A stretch of 64,000 nucleotides of DNA from Octopus vulgaris. Its lineage: Eukaryota. How positions within the stretch are numbered: the first letter of the stretch is position 1; each line of letters begins with the position of its first letter. The notes under the pieces were generated by a model. That model did not search any database and was not told the DNA's origin. It saw only the letters and a program-made list of their open reading frames with translations. The DNA lies in contig OX597837.1 of assembly GCA_951406725.2 (NCBI GenBank), positions 12,462,001-12,526,000 of the forward strand, read 5' to 3'. The position numbers and the translations under genes are program-made. Positions 1 through 12,532 of this stretch are shown piece after piece.

Positions 1-146
<146 letters not shown>

Positions 147-149
147 GTG

Positions 150-450
150 ACATTAAGCACATGAAATTTGAAAGTTTGATTCAGTTATGAACAAAGAAAT
201 AGACCTTCACCTCGGCGCTGGACCTCTGAGTTATTCAATTCTAATGGATAAAGTACTTGCGTCCAAACTTTCACAACTGGTACGACTGTACGAATTCTTT
301 TTGGTGGAGTATTTTGCCTCTTTAATATTTGAAATGCAAAATGAAAAGGAAAACTCATTTCTATTCGTTTCTTGTTTTCAGTCTCATCTTTTTTGATATT
401 TTCTTAGGGGGCATTTTTTCTTAAGAATGTTCGAAATTCCACAACTAATA
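150..450 (-). promoter_or_regulatory. Degenerate SLC17 upstream (putative non-coding exon 1) module with donor deleted; duplicate at ~50594-50895
   Basis: Aligns by eye with the modules at 7755, 34690 and 38190 (aaagaaatagac...gctggacctctgag...aactgtacgaattctt) but lacks the acttac segment. Confidence 0.6.
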
Positions 451-659
451 AGTAGTTTTGAAATTTCAAACACCGTGTCATATAATGTTATGTAATATAA
501 CATACACGCTCACATATCCACAGACACACATCCACACACGCAAAGACACACACACAAACTCACAAACACACACACACACACACACTCATATGAAGGACAA
601 CAACAACAAGCAGCTTATTTTCATTAGTGATAATAGATCCTTTTATTACTGATACCAAA

Positions 660-1922
660 GCATTTACAAACGCTCAAGAAGACATTATACAGAGCATGCA
701 ACATATATTTGTAAGTCGAACACGTTTTTATTCTACTCTATGATCTTATATGGTTTCCTTTCGTCCACTGCCAAAGGGGTGGGCGTCATTATGGAATACA
801 ATCCTATTAATTTGCGAAGACCTTTGAGCCAGAACAGCGATGTTATACTATTAATAATTGGACATGCTCTAATTAGCATACAAATTAAAGACAAGATGAA
901 TAGATAATTATGTAAAGACGCAACGAAATGAAAAACTAGGTAATTAATGAAAATTATACTAAAGATGTAGGACAACTCATTGAGTGATAGGTGCGTCGCC
1001 CCCAGATAATTTTGAGTCGGAACATTCTCCAAAATATGTCTCTTGCACACCATTAATCCGTCAAAGCCGAAGGCAGCCATGAGAATTTTTTCATATCGGA
1101 CTAAACAAATAATCACACGTACCCTAGAAAAAATTAAGGATTCGCATTGTATCGAATGCTTGTGTGGATATATTAAATATAACACAGAATAAATAATTTA
1201 TTTATTGAAAATATATCCGCTCCTAGGACAATCATTTGGTGGTAATTCGGATGAAGTTCAAACGGAGAGCGGAGATAATCTCAAGAATTAAGATTTCTTC
1301 AAAACTGTCATGATTTTAATACGAAAATGATCTGATTGTCTGGAAACAAAAAGTGTTGTGGAGATCTGAACCTCAATAGCACAACGGTTACATAGGCTTG
1401 TCTGTAACAAAGACAATTAGTATTGAGACCCACAGAATGTAGGTTATGAAAAGATTAAGACCTTAGATGTTGGAGTACATAAAACGTAGTGTTAATAGCA
1501 ACGTTTTACGCTGGCTAAAGGCGGGTATTTCAGAAAAAGTCGAATAAGGGTACATTAATTGCCATATAATACGCATTCTTGATATAAGGAAATTAGATCA
1601 GTTTCCGACGCTTGGTGAGTTCAGATTGAAATGTGAGATAACAGCGAGAATCAAGCGTTCTTTACACTTGACATGATATCAAAAATGGGTGCGTGTCGTA
1701 GTATGGGCAGAAAAGGTTAGCTGACTATCCGTGTTTCTATATATGTCAAAGACAAGGCCAGGAAATACCGAGACGATCATGTCTATTGACGACAATCTAG
1801 CAGGTAATATGTTCGACACTCTAATTGAAATGTTAACTCGGAAATATTATTAAACATATTAATTGTATCCGTATCGTTCGGATTAACAGCCGATCGAGAT
1901 TCTTCCGAAAGTGTCCAAATCT
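660..1922 (-). pseudogene. Relic SLC17 paralog: C-terminal tail (~1850-1922) plus 3' flank; duplicate at ~51100-52366
   Basis: Minus strand reads KIWTLSEESRSAVNPNDTDTIN, matching the tails VWARSQEPGSRGNAGDVNINN and DWARIEETDSSNKPQTIDIS. 1240-1850 aligns with the 3' flanks at 2300-2660 and 10290-10630; 840-950 aligns with 9125-9240. Confidence 0.7.
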
Positions 1923-2682
1923 TTTCGAGTGCATCCAACGTATCTCAGCTCCAAAGATTTGGCTGCTATTTCTAGCACGCCCTGCTACCACGTAACAACT
2001 ATTTGCGATATAGGACCCGAAATACCTGTTACGGGGTAGCAGAGCGTCCAAGAAATAGAAACCAAATCTTTCTTTTTCTGGGAGGAGACGTTTACGCGTG
2101 ATTTCGGTGACACATTCGTTGAAAGCATGCGAAATAACCTGGAAAAGAAAAAAGCCCAAGAAAAAAACTCGGACTTTCCAGGTGAACCAATGGGTTGCGA
2201 GTAATCTAGTACACACATACAAATATATTTATAAAGGATATAAATAAAATACAACATAAATTATTCATTTGCTGAAGGTATATTATACATATGGTAGAAC
2301 GTTCGCTTGGTGGTAATTGAGATTAACTTGAAACGGAAAGCGGAGATAATCTCGAGAATTAACAAAGACATGTCGTTAAAGAAAAAAATAATCTGATTAA
2401 TACTGGAGGGAATAGGACGGCTATGTAGGCGTGTTTCTGCCTCAATTAGCTTCATCATTACATGAGTTAGACTAATTGCTTTGTGGAAGATAAGACGCCC
2501 TGTAAATGACCAACGACCCATGTTTCTATGTATTTGTCAGTCATTCGTTCTGTTATGGACAAGGAAAGGAAATGCTGAGCCGGTAACTCTTACCCAGGAA
2601 CAAATACTAAACAATGGTAATGTCTCCACTTCTCTAATTAAAATGCTAGTTGGGAAACATTAATGAACAATTTTATTTATAT

Positions 2683-4126
2683 TTACGTCGCCGCATTACG
2701 ACATGATCCGGGTTCTTGTGGTTTTGCCCAAATTTGGATTTCTCCTCTTGCCAGTATTGCAAAGATTATTGCTCCAGATACACATATAGCAGCACATAAG
2801 GCAAACACGATCTGCCATTCTTCGAGTGTACCGTTTGGGGTTAAAGCGTCAATAGTTAAGGAAGCGGTACCGCCAGCTATTGAAGATAGAGTGTTCGCAA
2901 TTCCAAATATAATACCAACATAACTTGGAGCAATGTCACTGGTATTGACGAGAACACCACCACTGACAAATGATAAAGTCATACCACTGAGAAACAAGAG
3001 GAAAATTATTAGAATGGTTTGGTTACATTTGAGGAGTCCTATGGCAATCAAGAGAGATGCTGAAGCAACCATAGAAATGGTTTGGAATAGGACTCTAACA
3101 GAACGAGTTGACAGACATTTCTTCGAACGCACAAAATCGGCAAATTTTCCACATAGAGGGAAACCAATCATTAGACCAAACGAAGGAGCGGATGACATTA
3201 AACCATTGGATATTACATTAATGCTTAAGGCTTCTTTCAGATATAGTGGTAGCAACACCTGAACAAATGTCTCCATCCATCCATAAGCTTGCAAACTGAA
3301 AATAATGGCCCAAACTGCAGGTGAAGAAAGCAGCCGTTTCCAAGGTACATTTTTAACAACTTTTTCACTTATTGTAGTTCTGTTTATGTAAGAACGTTCT
3401 TCTTCGCTGATAGTGGGATGGACGTATGGATTATCGTAAACCACATAAAACCACACACAGCAAAACAGCAACGATAATCCACCGAATACATAAAAATATA
3501 GAGCCCCATCCATTATCAAATCCATATACACAGAGGTAACCAGATATAGAAAGACCTACAATGTTACCTAGGAACTGACCAGCAAATGTAAACCCAACGA
3601 ATACAGAAATTTCACTTGAAGGGCACCAATGTCCAAATAAGGACTGAATTGCTGGGAATAAGGGTCCTGATGCTACGCCTGTTAAGATCCTTAGTACAAG
3701 CGTAAAGTAACCGCTAATTCGAGACAAACTTGGGTATAAAATTGTAAGAATGGATGCTGAGAGAATCGAACCCCCTAGAACTCGTTTCCCACCGTATTTG
3801 TCTGCCAATAAACCGCCGAGAAAATTAGTTGCCGTATATCCATAGAAGAACCCAGCCAGGATGTTCGATTGTAATGTGTCACTCCATTGTAATTCTCCTT
3901 CAAAAGTTTGATTCATTGAATAATTTTCTGAACCGGAACAGTGTTGGTTGCTTGTAGAATTGTTAACTTCCTCAGTCGTACGATTCGGTGTTTTCAACAA
4001 ACACACAAGAGCCATACTGATATCAACTCTTAATGTTTGCATCAAAATCAAAGCAATAGTACAGGCATAACATAATCTCCATCGACATGAATAATAACGC
4101 TTAATCCAGTTGGCAAATCCAGGCAT
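2683..4126 (-). CDS. SLC17/sialin-like MFS anion transporter, copy A; intronless CDS with one +1 frameshift in an A-run at ~3492-3496 (pseudogene or sequencing error)
   Basis: Two overlapping ORFs join into a full MFS protein (GGLLADKYGGKRV, RILTGVASGPLFPA, GWGSIFY, VPWKRLLSSPAVWA, DIAPSY..IIFGIANT, EWQIVF). Likely start is the ATG at 4126 (MPGFANW), not the upstream TTG. Confidence 0.92.
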
Positions 4127-4139
4127 TTTTGCCAATTTT

Positions 4140-4415
4140 GATTTTCACCGATTCGCACAATATTTACCTTGTTGTCTGGGTAGAAGTATATTCAGTGATA
4201 TGTGAGGTAATTTCTCAATATTGAATCAATAACTAAAAGATAGTCGCAAAAATTAGACAATGAAATAAATGATGGTTGTTTCGTCACTAGAGTGTATAAC
4301 GGATTAAATGAAACATGATCTCCAAAATCTGTAATGCAATTACAAACTTGGTGAAGATAGGAAATAAAGTTTTTGGAGTATTTCTAACGCCTTATTTATG
4401 TTCTTGGTTCAGGCA

Positions 4416-4475
<60 letters not shown>

Positions 4476-4513
4476 CTGAGTGTGCGTGTGTGTATTTGTG
4501 AGTATTAATTATG

Positions 4514-4609
<96 letters not shown>

Positions 4610-5605
4610 TATAGTTATATATTATATATATATATATATATAGCAGCTAAGCCCGGTTTCACCGGTCGGTGTGGATGATGTGGCTGTAAAACCTGCTCTG
4701 TGTAAGCATTCGACGTGTCTGGGCACGGTTACATTAACAAACAATTTATTAGACAGTTTATCGTCTCTTTTGGTCAGCTTTATTTCATGAAATAAATGGT
4801 GGTTGTCTCGTCACTAGAGTTTATAACGGATTGAATGAAACATGATCTCCAAAACCTGTAATGCATTTAGTATTTTAAATATTTCACAATAATTTGGTAG
4901 ATTCTGTTACCGATAAACATGGACGTCATTTATCAACCAATAACGTTAGTTATGATGGTCTCCGGGAATTTCTTCTTTTCTCGTTTATTTAGAAACAGGA
5001 AACATCACGTAAAGTCAAGCAAACGATGATGAAATAAGATAACTGTGAAGGTGCAGAGCTGTGACATAGGTTCTGGTATTTTGTAATGACCTGTAATGTT
5101 CGGAAAAGGGAATAAAAGCCCGCACTCAGCTGTCTAGTGTAGATATGAAAACTCACACGTATTTAAGAAGCAGTTCATAGATATATGGTGAACAATTGGT
5201 TACGGTAAGATGTCTGTTCAATTCCTCGGGGGATTTAGTTTAACAATATTTGTTGAAAATCGGATTCTGCTAAACAGAATGATAGTAAATTCTTGAAACA
5301 CTGCTTGCAATGCGGTTTGTATTATTTGATTGGTTTAATCACGTGAGATCAGTAATGTTGTTTATTGGCGTTTACAATACAGCTTCCTGTTCAGGTGTTC
5401 CTCATTCCATGCAATCCATGAAATGTATTTAAAATGTGTCAGGAAGTGAATACCCAGCTTTAGGAAATATCTTTCAGTGACGAATGTCAGCGAATGTTGC
5501 TGGACAAACCTGGTGAAGATAAGAAATAAAGTTCTTGGAGTATTTCATACGTCTTATTTATGTTCTTGGTTCAGGCAAGAGTTAAAAGAAATCAATATTA
5601 GTCAA
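4140..5605 (-). promoter_or_regulatory. Conserved SLC17 upstream leader region (internally duplicated in copies A, A' and B)
   Basis: Homologous to 12100-13490, 24730-25770, 41256-42245 (opposite strand), 54580-56000 and 63060-64000. Confidence 0.75.
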
Positions 5606-5659
5606 TGTGTGTGTTTGAGTGTGCGCATGTGTGTATATGAGTATTAATTATGTAAATAT

Positions 5660-5736
<77 letters not shown>

Positions 5737-5974
5737 TAACAATTGAGGATAAAATCTTTAAAAGAAATTATCAGTAGCCAGCGTGAAAAACCTCATAAGA
5801 GAAAAATCCGTAAATTCTTCCTCTTTGTAAATATTCATTTATATTATATTGAGGGTGCTACTATTCGTAGATACCAACACGCTAAGAGGGACCAATGCAG
5901 TCAAAACTACTAAAAATAAACAAAATTTTACCGAATGCAAAACTTCAAAACACATCATTTTCAAAAAGAATTCA

Positions 5975-6038
5975 GTTACATATCACATGCGATTTCGCAT
6001 TTAATGCAGAATATGCATTTCATGTTCGTCAGTGCAAC
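5975..6038 (-). ncRNA. Type I hammerhead ribozyme motif (inverted copy of 6471-6534)
   Basis: Minus strand GUUGCA CUGACGA acaugaaaugcauauucugcauuaaaugc GAAA ucgcauguga UA UGUAAC. Confidence 0.75.
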
Positions 6039-6470
6039 AAACTCAAGAAATATAAGATGTGTTTTGAAGTTGTGCATTCGGTAAAATTTTGTTTATTTTT
6101 AGTAGTTTTGACCGCATTGGTCCCTCTTAGCGTGTTGGTATCTACGAATAGTAGTACCCTCAATATAATATAAATGAATATTTTCAAAGAGGAAGAATTT
6201 ACGGATTTTTTCTCTTATGAAGTTTTTCACGCTGACTACTGATAATTTCATTTAAAGATTTTATTCTCAATTGTTAATTTATATTTTTCACCGGAAAAGT
6301 TCAATACTGAATTTTTATTCCGACTAGGCAATTTGCGACCGAAATGCATTGCGAAGAAGCCCGCCATTTTCATAGATATGTAAGGATAAACATTTGTACA
6401 TGCTACGACGAATTCTACAGTTGGCTATCGAGTTTGTAATGTTATGTTTTTTCTTATATTTCTTGAGTTT

Positions 6471-6534
6471 GTTGCACTGACGAACATGAAATGCATATTC
6501 TGCATTAAATGCGAAATCACATGTGATATGTAAC
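6471..6534 (+). ncRNA. Type I hammerhead ribozyme motif
   Basis: Stem I GUUGCA/UGUAAC; core CUGACGA; stem II cau/aug plus aaugca/ugcauu with an A.C first pair; GAAA; palindromic stem III UCACAUGUGA; triplet AUA. Confidence 0.8.
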
Positions 6535-6664
6535 TGAATTCTTTTTTAAAATGATGTGTTTTGAAGTTTTGCATTCGGTAAAATTTTGTTTATTTTTAGT
6601 AGTTTTGACCGCATTGGTCCCTCTTAGCGTGTTGGTATCTACGAATAGTAGTACCCTCAATATA

Positions 6665-6739
<75 letters not shown>

Positions 6740-6744
<5 letters not shown>

Positions 6745-7012
6745 GGGAGTAAATCCAAACTTACAGGGAAAAATTATATTTAGGATTAAATCCAATTTTA
6801 CAGTATAAATATAAATTAAATTAGAGATAAAACCACTATTAGGCAAATCAAACAGTGAAAAACATAAACCAAAACAGAAATAAAATTAATTAATATATGA
6901 ATTTTATATTTTATATATTTTGTATATTATATTAATTATATTTCTATCTTTTGGTTTATGTTTTTCACTGTTTGATTTGCCTAATAGTGGTTTTATCTCT
7001 AATTTAATTTAA
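6740..7012. repeat. AT-rich (TA)n-associated repeat with inverted arms (~6813-6897 vs ~6925-7012); related pieces at 34283-34360, 48500-48695, 57650-57925
   Basis: aaattagagataaaaccactattaggcaaatcaaacagtgaaaaacataaacc followed by its reverse complement. Confidence 0.7.
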
Positions 7013-7754
7013 TGTATTTTTTTTCTAGTTTCAGCTTAGAGATGCGGCCATGCTGATATAAAGTTAATCCAAACATGAAAACACAAAGAGAAAACATAAT
7101 AACGCGAGGATGTGGAACAAATATAGTATTATTGGACGATCAGGAAAGAAGGAAAGAAGGAGGGTTTAAGGTAAGCCCGGTTTCACCGGTTGGTGTGGAT
7201 GATGTGGTTGTAAAACTTGCTCTGTGTAAGCATTCGACTTGTCTGGGCACGGTTACGTTAAAAACAATTTTAGAATGACATTTTTCTGTCTAAACGCTAA
7301 AAATCACGGACCAAGAAAAAAACAACAATGATTCAAACATACACATGTACGCTCTCTCACAGACACACACACACACATTCACATACCCCCTTTTACATAC
7401 ACACACATATATTCTCACAGAGATGAAATGATGTTTGATTTATTTTTTCAGCGTACAATTTTCATCATCCCACTTCCAAGTATGACATCACCCCTTCCTT
7501 CCTTATTCCTCAATTACCACTTCCTTCATCATTCAGAAAAACAAGAGTATTATCATACTAGATTATCTCAGTAACCATAGTAGCTATGAAAAAATACAAA
7601 ACCCAGCATCACCACCGGATCGTTCTACACATCTGTGTAAATTTTCCCGCAGTGCAGCCCAGCCGTTTGACCGTGAATCCTAATAAAAGAAGGAATCACC
7701 AATGTCAAATTTATATATATGGATATACATGTGTGTGTGTGTGTGTGTGTGTGA

Positions 7755-8275
7755 TATTTAGTACATGGAAACTGAATGTTTGCTTCAGTATTGAACAAAG
7801 AAATAGAGTTACAGTTTTATGAAATAGATGTTTTCCGCTGGATGTCTCGATTTTTCCACTCCAATGAATAAAATACATACATCCAAATCTTCACTATTAA
7901 AGTAGGATGATTAAGTCCCCTTTTTACATGTAATTTCCACAGAAACTGCACATTTGTATTGGTTTACAACATGACATATGTTTTGTTAGGTTGTTGAATG
8001 TCGCTTCGTCCCATTGAATCTGAGTTAAAATTATGCAGTTTCTGATTTAAATAATCTGCAGCTGCAGTAACTTAATCAAACACGGTAAACATAAAATAGG
8101 CGAATGATCAACAGGTGTGTGTTGCAACAATGAGGATGTTTGAATTCATGCACTTTATACAAAATATCCAATTTCATCCTATTGCATTTCATGCTCGGTC
8201 CTTAACATGCATAGTCTAAATTAAGATATCAGTTAAACTTTTGACCTCTCAAAGGGAAGATCTTTTAATATAAAA
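7755..8275 (-). promoter_or_regulatory. SLC17 upstream module (putative promoter/non-coding exon 1) of copy A; donor GTAACT at 7807-7812
   Basis: Homologous, co-oriented module upstream of each SLC17 copy; GT is conserved at the same position. Confidence 0.6.
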
Positions 8276-8319
8276 CGAAAAAATTCGTGCGCCGTGTGAA
8301 AATAATGCTTTGTTATATA

Positions 8320-8590
8320 TTGTCAAAAGAAAATTGTATGCCCTTTACAAAATCAGTGTTTCAGAAAAAATATAGTATATCAAAGTAAGGTTAAAACCGG
8401 AGATTGTAAGTTTTATTACATTGGTCCTTCCGCTACAATATGGAAATCTAGATCTCATAATCACTGTCATTCATTTAGATATGGAAGGAAAAATATTTGT
8501 GCAAATCTTAGTGAATGTATTTAGGATGTAGAAGGTAGGAACAATAAGTATAATTTGAAGTAGTCTATTATTACTTATGCTCCATCGTTA
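8320..8590 (+). mobile_element. Penelope-like GIY-YIG endonuclease remnant (also ~14420-14900 and ~59290-59560)
   Basis: Decayed KIVCPLQNQC.RKNIVYQ.KV...YYIGPSATIWKSR.HNH..SF.Y. Confidence 0.75.
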
Positions 8591-8763
8591 TGTTACCTGT
8601 GCACGTCATTACATTCGTTTTTTCTTGTTTTTTTCCCATTTAAAAAATGTCTTTGTTCTTTGAATTGACTATATTCCAGTTTAATTCTGTTACGTTGATT
8701 ACATTAACTGCAATCCCTCACAATCCACCTTTCCCTTACATTTGCCTGCTTGTGTGCATTTGC

Positions 8764-8810
<47 letters not shown>

Positions 8811-9811
8811 GTATTTATGAAATGACGCAACTGAAGAACGCTTGCATTCAGAACTCTTAATTGCTTGACAGTGATTTTATTCTATCCTCGTTATCATTCG
8901 TCAGTTGATGCAACCATGTTTAGTCGCGGAAAATACAGGCACGGGTAAAGGCCCTTTTAGATTTGTTCACGTGACTTTGGTAGCAAAAACTTTCACGCGT
9001 TCGTGTATGGTTCAGATTAAGAAAACATGAAATAGAATATACGAAACCTAAAGTGAGAGAGAATAAAAAAAGAAATCTTTAATCAAAAATTAAGTTTTAA
9101 AATTAAAATTAGAAGTACAAAGGAGGTTATACTATTAATAATTGAGCGTGTTATACATAGGATGTAAATTAAACAAAAAATACTGGATAGTTAAATTTAT
9201 AAAGATTAAACATAATTAAAACACGGATAATTAGAACAGATAAGGTGCTCCATACACACACGGTTGAATAGCAGTCAGATGTTTGAGACGGAATATTCCA
9301 CAAAATTAGTCTCTTACGACACCATTGACCTGATAAGACGAAGGTAGTTACGCGCAATTTTGGTGTCGGAATAAACAAGTAATCACACACATCCTGTAAA
9401 AATGTACACATTTGTACTCCAAAGAATGCTCCTGTGTTTTTCACTTGCTGTCTATAATTTCAATCGCGATCTATCATTTAATAATCTCGAGTCATTCAGT
9501 ACAGAAGTATTATTCAATATTTTGAAAATCCGTAAAGTGTAATCCAAAACATGAGCAGGTGTCCATCATTTGAATGTTCCACAGAATTTCAGAATTGAAT
9601 CATATCCCTTCCTCAACAAATTGTAGCTCCAGTTCCGTAATTTCAATTTAGTAACAATTCTATTAGTTCTTCAATAGTACTATATTCCTGTGGATGGAGG
9701 ACTCCTTTATATTCACAATAGATAAAAATTAGATATAACGGTTATAATTCTGTCAAGATGTATGAAATGGGATGTTGGCAAGAATAAAGACAGTATACAT
9801 TACATTCTCTA

Positions 9812-9882
<71 letters not shown>

Positions 9883-10629
9883 ATCAAATACTCTCATATA
9901 TATATTTATAAAGGATATATAATTAAAATAAAACATAAATTCTTCATTTCTTGAAGGTTTATTATACATATGGTTGAACGATCGCTTGGTAGCGATAGGG
10001 ATTAGCTTGGAACGGAAAACTGAGACAATCTCAAGAATGGACAACGACGTATCATTTATGAAAAGGAATAATTTGATTATTTGGAAGGAAAAAGCCGGCT
10101 TTGTTGACATTTTTCTACCTCATTAAGCTTCATCATTACGTTAGTTACACGATTTTTTCCAACAAACATATTTACACACACACACAAAACATTGTGTCAC
10201 ATTTATGTTGTACGTATTTGGGATGGGCACGGCATGAGGCTAAGAGTAATAGTTCACAGAGTCTAATAGCTTGTATTAAAAAAAACAAAACAATACGAAT
10301 AAGGGTATGTTAATTCCCATAGAAAATATATTGTTGACTTAACTTGAAATACTCTCACTTTTGGGGAAGGTAGAATAATTGCTTGGTGGAAATTGTGACA
10401 AACTGTAAAGGAAAAGGAGAGATAACTACGAGAATCAAGATTTTGTCGAGCTTGACATGTCATTGAGAAAGAGAGAGCATCATAGTATAAACACGAATGG
10501 TCAGCTGACGGCCTATGTTTCTATGTATTTGTAACTCTTTCGTTGTTGCGGCCAGGGTAAGGAAATGCTGAGCTGGTGACGCCTACTCAGGAACAAATAC
10601 TCTCTGATTACGAAGCTACCTGGGAAACA

Positions 10630-12096
10630 TTATTGAACAATATTATTTATATTCACGTCGCCCGCATTACCGCGTGATCCGGGTTCTTGTGATCTTGCTC
10701 AAACTTGGATTTCTCCTCTTGCCATTATTGCGAAGAATATTGCGCCAACTACACATATAGCAGCACATAAGGCGAACACGATCTGCCATTGTTCTTGTGT
10801 ATCGTTTGAGGTTAAAGCTTTTGTAGTTAAAGAATTAATGTTACCCGCTGCTGCAGCAAAAGTGTTTCCAATTCCATATACGATACCAACATAACTTGGA
10901 GCAATGTCATTGCTGTTAACGATAACACCACCACTCGCAAATGACATTGCTACACCACTTAGGAACAAAAACGAAGTTATTAAAATGGTCTGGTCACATC
11001 TAAGAAATCCTATGGCAGTCAACAGACTTGCTGGAATAATCATAGAAAAGGTTTCGAATAGGACTCTAACAGAACGAGTTGACAGATATTTCTTTGAATG
11101 TACAAAATCTGCAAATTTTCCACAGAGAGGGAAACCAATCACTAGACCAGCCGAAGGAGCAGACGACATTAAACCACTGGATATTATATGAAGGTTTAAG
11201 GTGTCTTTCATATATAGAGGTAGCAAAACCTCAAAAGTGGACGCCATCCAGTCATGAACGAACAAACTGAAAAGAATGGCCCAAACTGCAGGTGAAGAAA
11301 GCAGCCGTTTCCAAGGTACATTTTTAACAACTTTTTCACTTATTGTAGTTCTGTTTATGTAAGAACGTTCTTCTTCGCTGATAGTGGGATGGACGTCTGG
11401 ATTATCGTAAACCACATAAAACCACACACGGCAAAACAGCAACGATATTCCACCAAATACATAAAATATGGAACCCCATCCATTATCAAATCCATTTACA
11501 CAGAGCTAACCAGACATTGATAGACCCACGATATCACCTAGAAACTGACCAGAAAATGTAAACCCAAGCAATGCAGAAATTTCGTTTGAGGGCCCCCAAC
11601 GTCCAAATAAAGACTGAATTGCTGGGAATAAGGGTCCTGATGCTACGCCTGTTAATATCCTTAGTACAAGCGTAAAGTAACCACTAATTCGAGACAAACT
11701 TGGGTATAAAATTGTAAGAATGGATGCTGAGAGAATCGAACCCCCTAGAACTCGTTTCCCACCGTATTTGTCTACCAATAAACCGCCGAGAAAATTAGTT
11801 GCCATATATCCGTAGAAGAACCCAGCCAGGATGTTCGATTGTAATGTGTCACTCCATTGTAATTCTCCTTCAAAAGTTTGATTCATTGAATAATTATCTG
11901 AACCGGAACAGTGTTGGTTGCTTGTAGTATTGTTAACTTCCTCAGTCGTACGATTCGGTGTTTTCAACAAACACACAAGAGCCATACTGAGATCAACTCT
12001 TAATGTTTGCATCAAAATCGAAGCAATAGTACAGGCATAACATAATCTCCATCGACACGAAGAATAACGCTTAATCCAGTTGGCAAATCCAGGCAT
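10630..12096 (-). pseudogene. SLC17/sialin-like copy B; in frame throughout, with premature TAG (11506-11508) and TGA (10699-10701); A-type N-terminus and C-type C-terminus
   Basis: ORFs 11506-12105 and 10699-11442 share a frame. The stops replace TAC (Tyr) and TGG (Trp) of the paralogs; the homologous terminal TAA is at 10630. Confidence 0.9.
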
Positions 12097-12476
12097 TTTT
12101 GCCAATTTTGATTTTCACTGATTCTCACAATATTTACCTTGTTGTCTGGGTAGAAGTATATTCAGTGATATGTGAGGTAATTTCTCAATGTTGAATCAAG
12201 AACTAAAAGATAGTCGCAAAAATTAGACAATGAAATAAATGATGGTTGTTTCGTCACTAGAGTGTATAACGGATTAAATGAAACATGATCTCCAAAATCT
12301 GTAATGCAATTACAAACTTGGTGAAGATAGGAAATAAAGTTTTTGGGGTATTTCTTACGCCTTATTTATGTTCTTGGTTCAGGCAAGAGTTATATATATG
12401 TGTGTGTGTGTGTCTGAGTGTGCGTGTGTGTATATGTAAGTATTAATTATGTAAAATATATATATATATATATAAT

Positions 12477-12532
<56 letters not shown>

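Larger units (their letters stand above)
5733..6670. mobile_element. (TA)n-inserted HHR element: ~497-nt unit x1.2 plus an inverted arm (Penelope pLTR/retrozyme-like)
   Basis: gatgtgttttgaag occurs at 6056 and 6553; 5733-6055 is the reverse complement of the unit; (TA)n on both sides. Confidence 0.8.

Noticed and set aside
733-2257. 150-aa, 129-aa and 90-aa minus-strand ORFs as novel genes
   Set aside because: They overlap decayed SLC17 3' flank and an unidentified insert, mostly have non-ATG starts and show no domain.
2933-3262. Antisense ORFs recurring in the SLC17 copies (also 10904, 23536, 43085, 53377, 61865)
   Set aside because: Shadow frames of the hydrophobic sense CDS; the recurrence follows from paralogy.
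8826-8866. gcaa CTGAAGA acgcttgcattc agaa..ttgc as an HHR (also ~59790)
   Set aside because: GAAA and stem III are not intact; at best a dead remnant, not counted.
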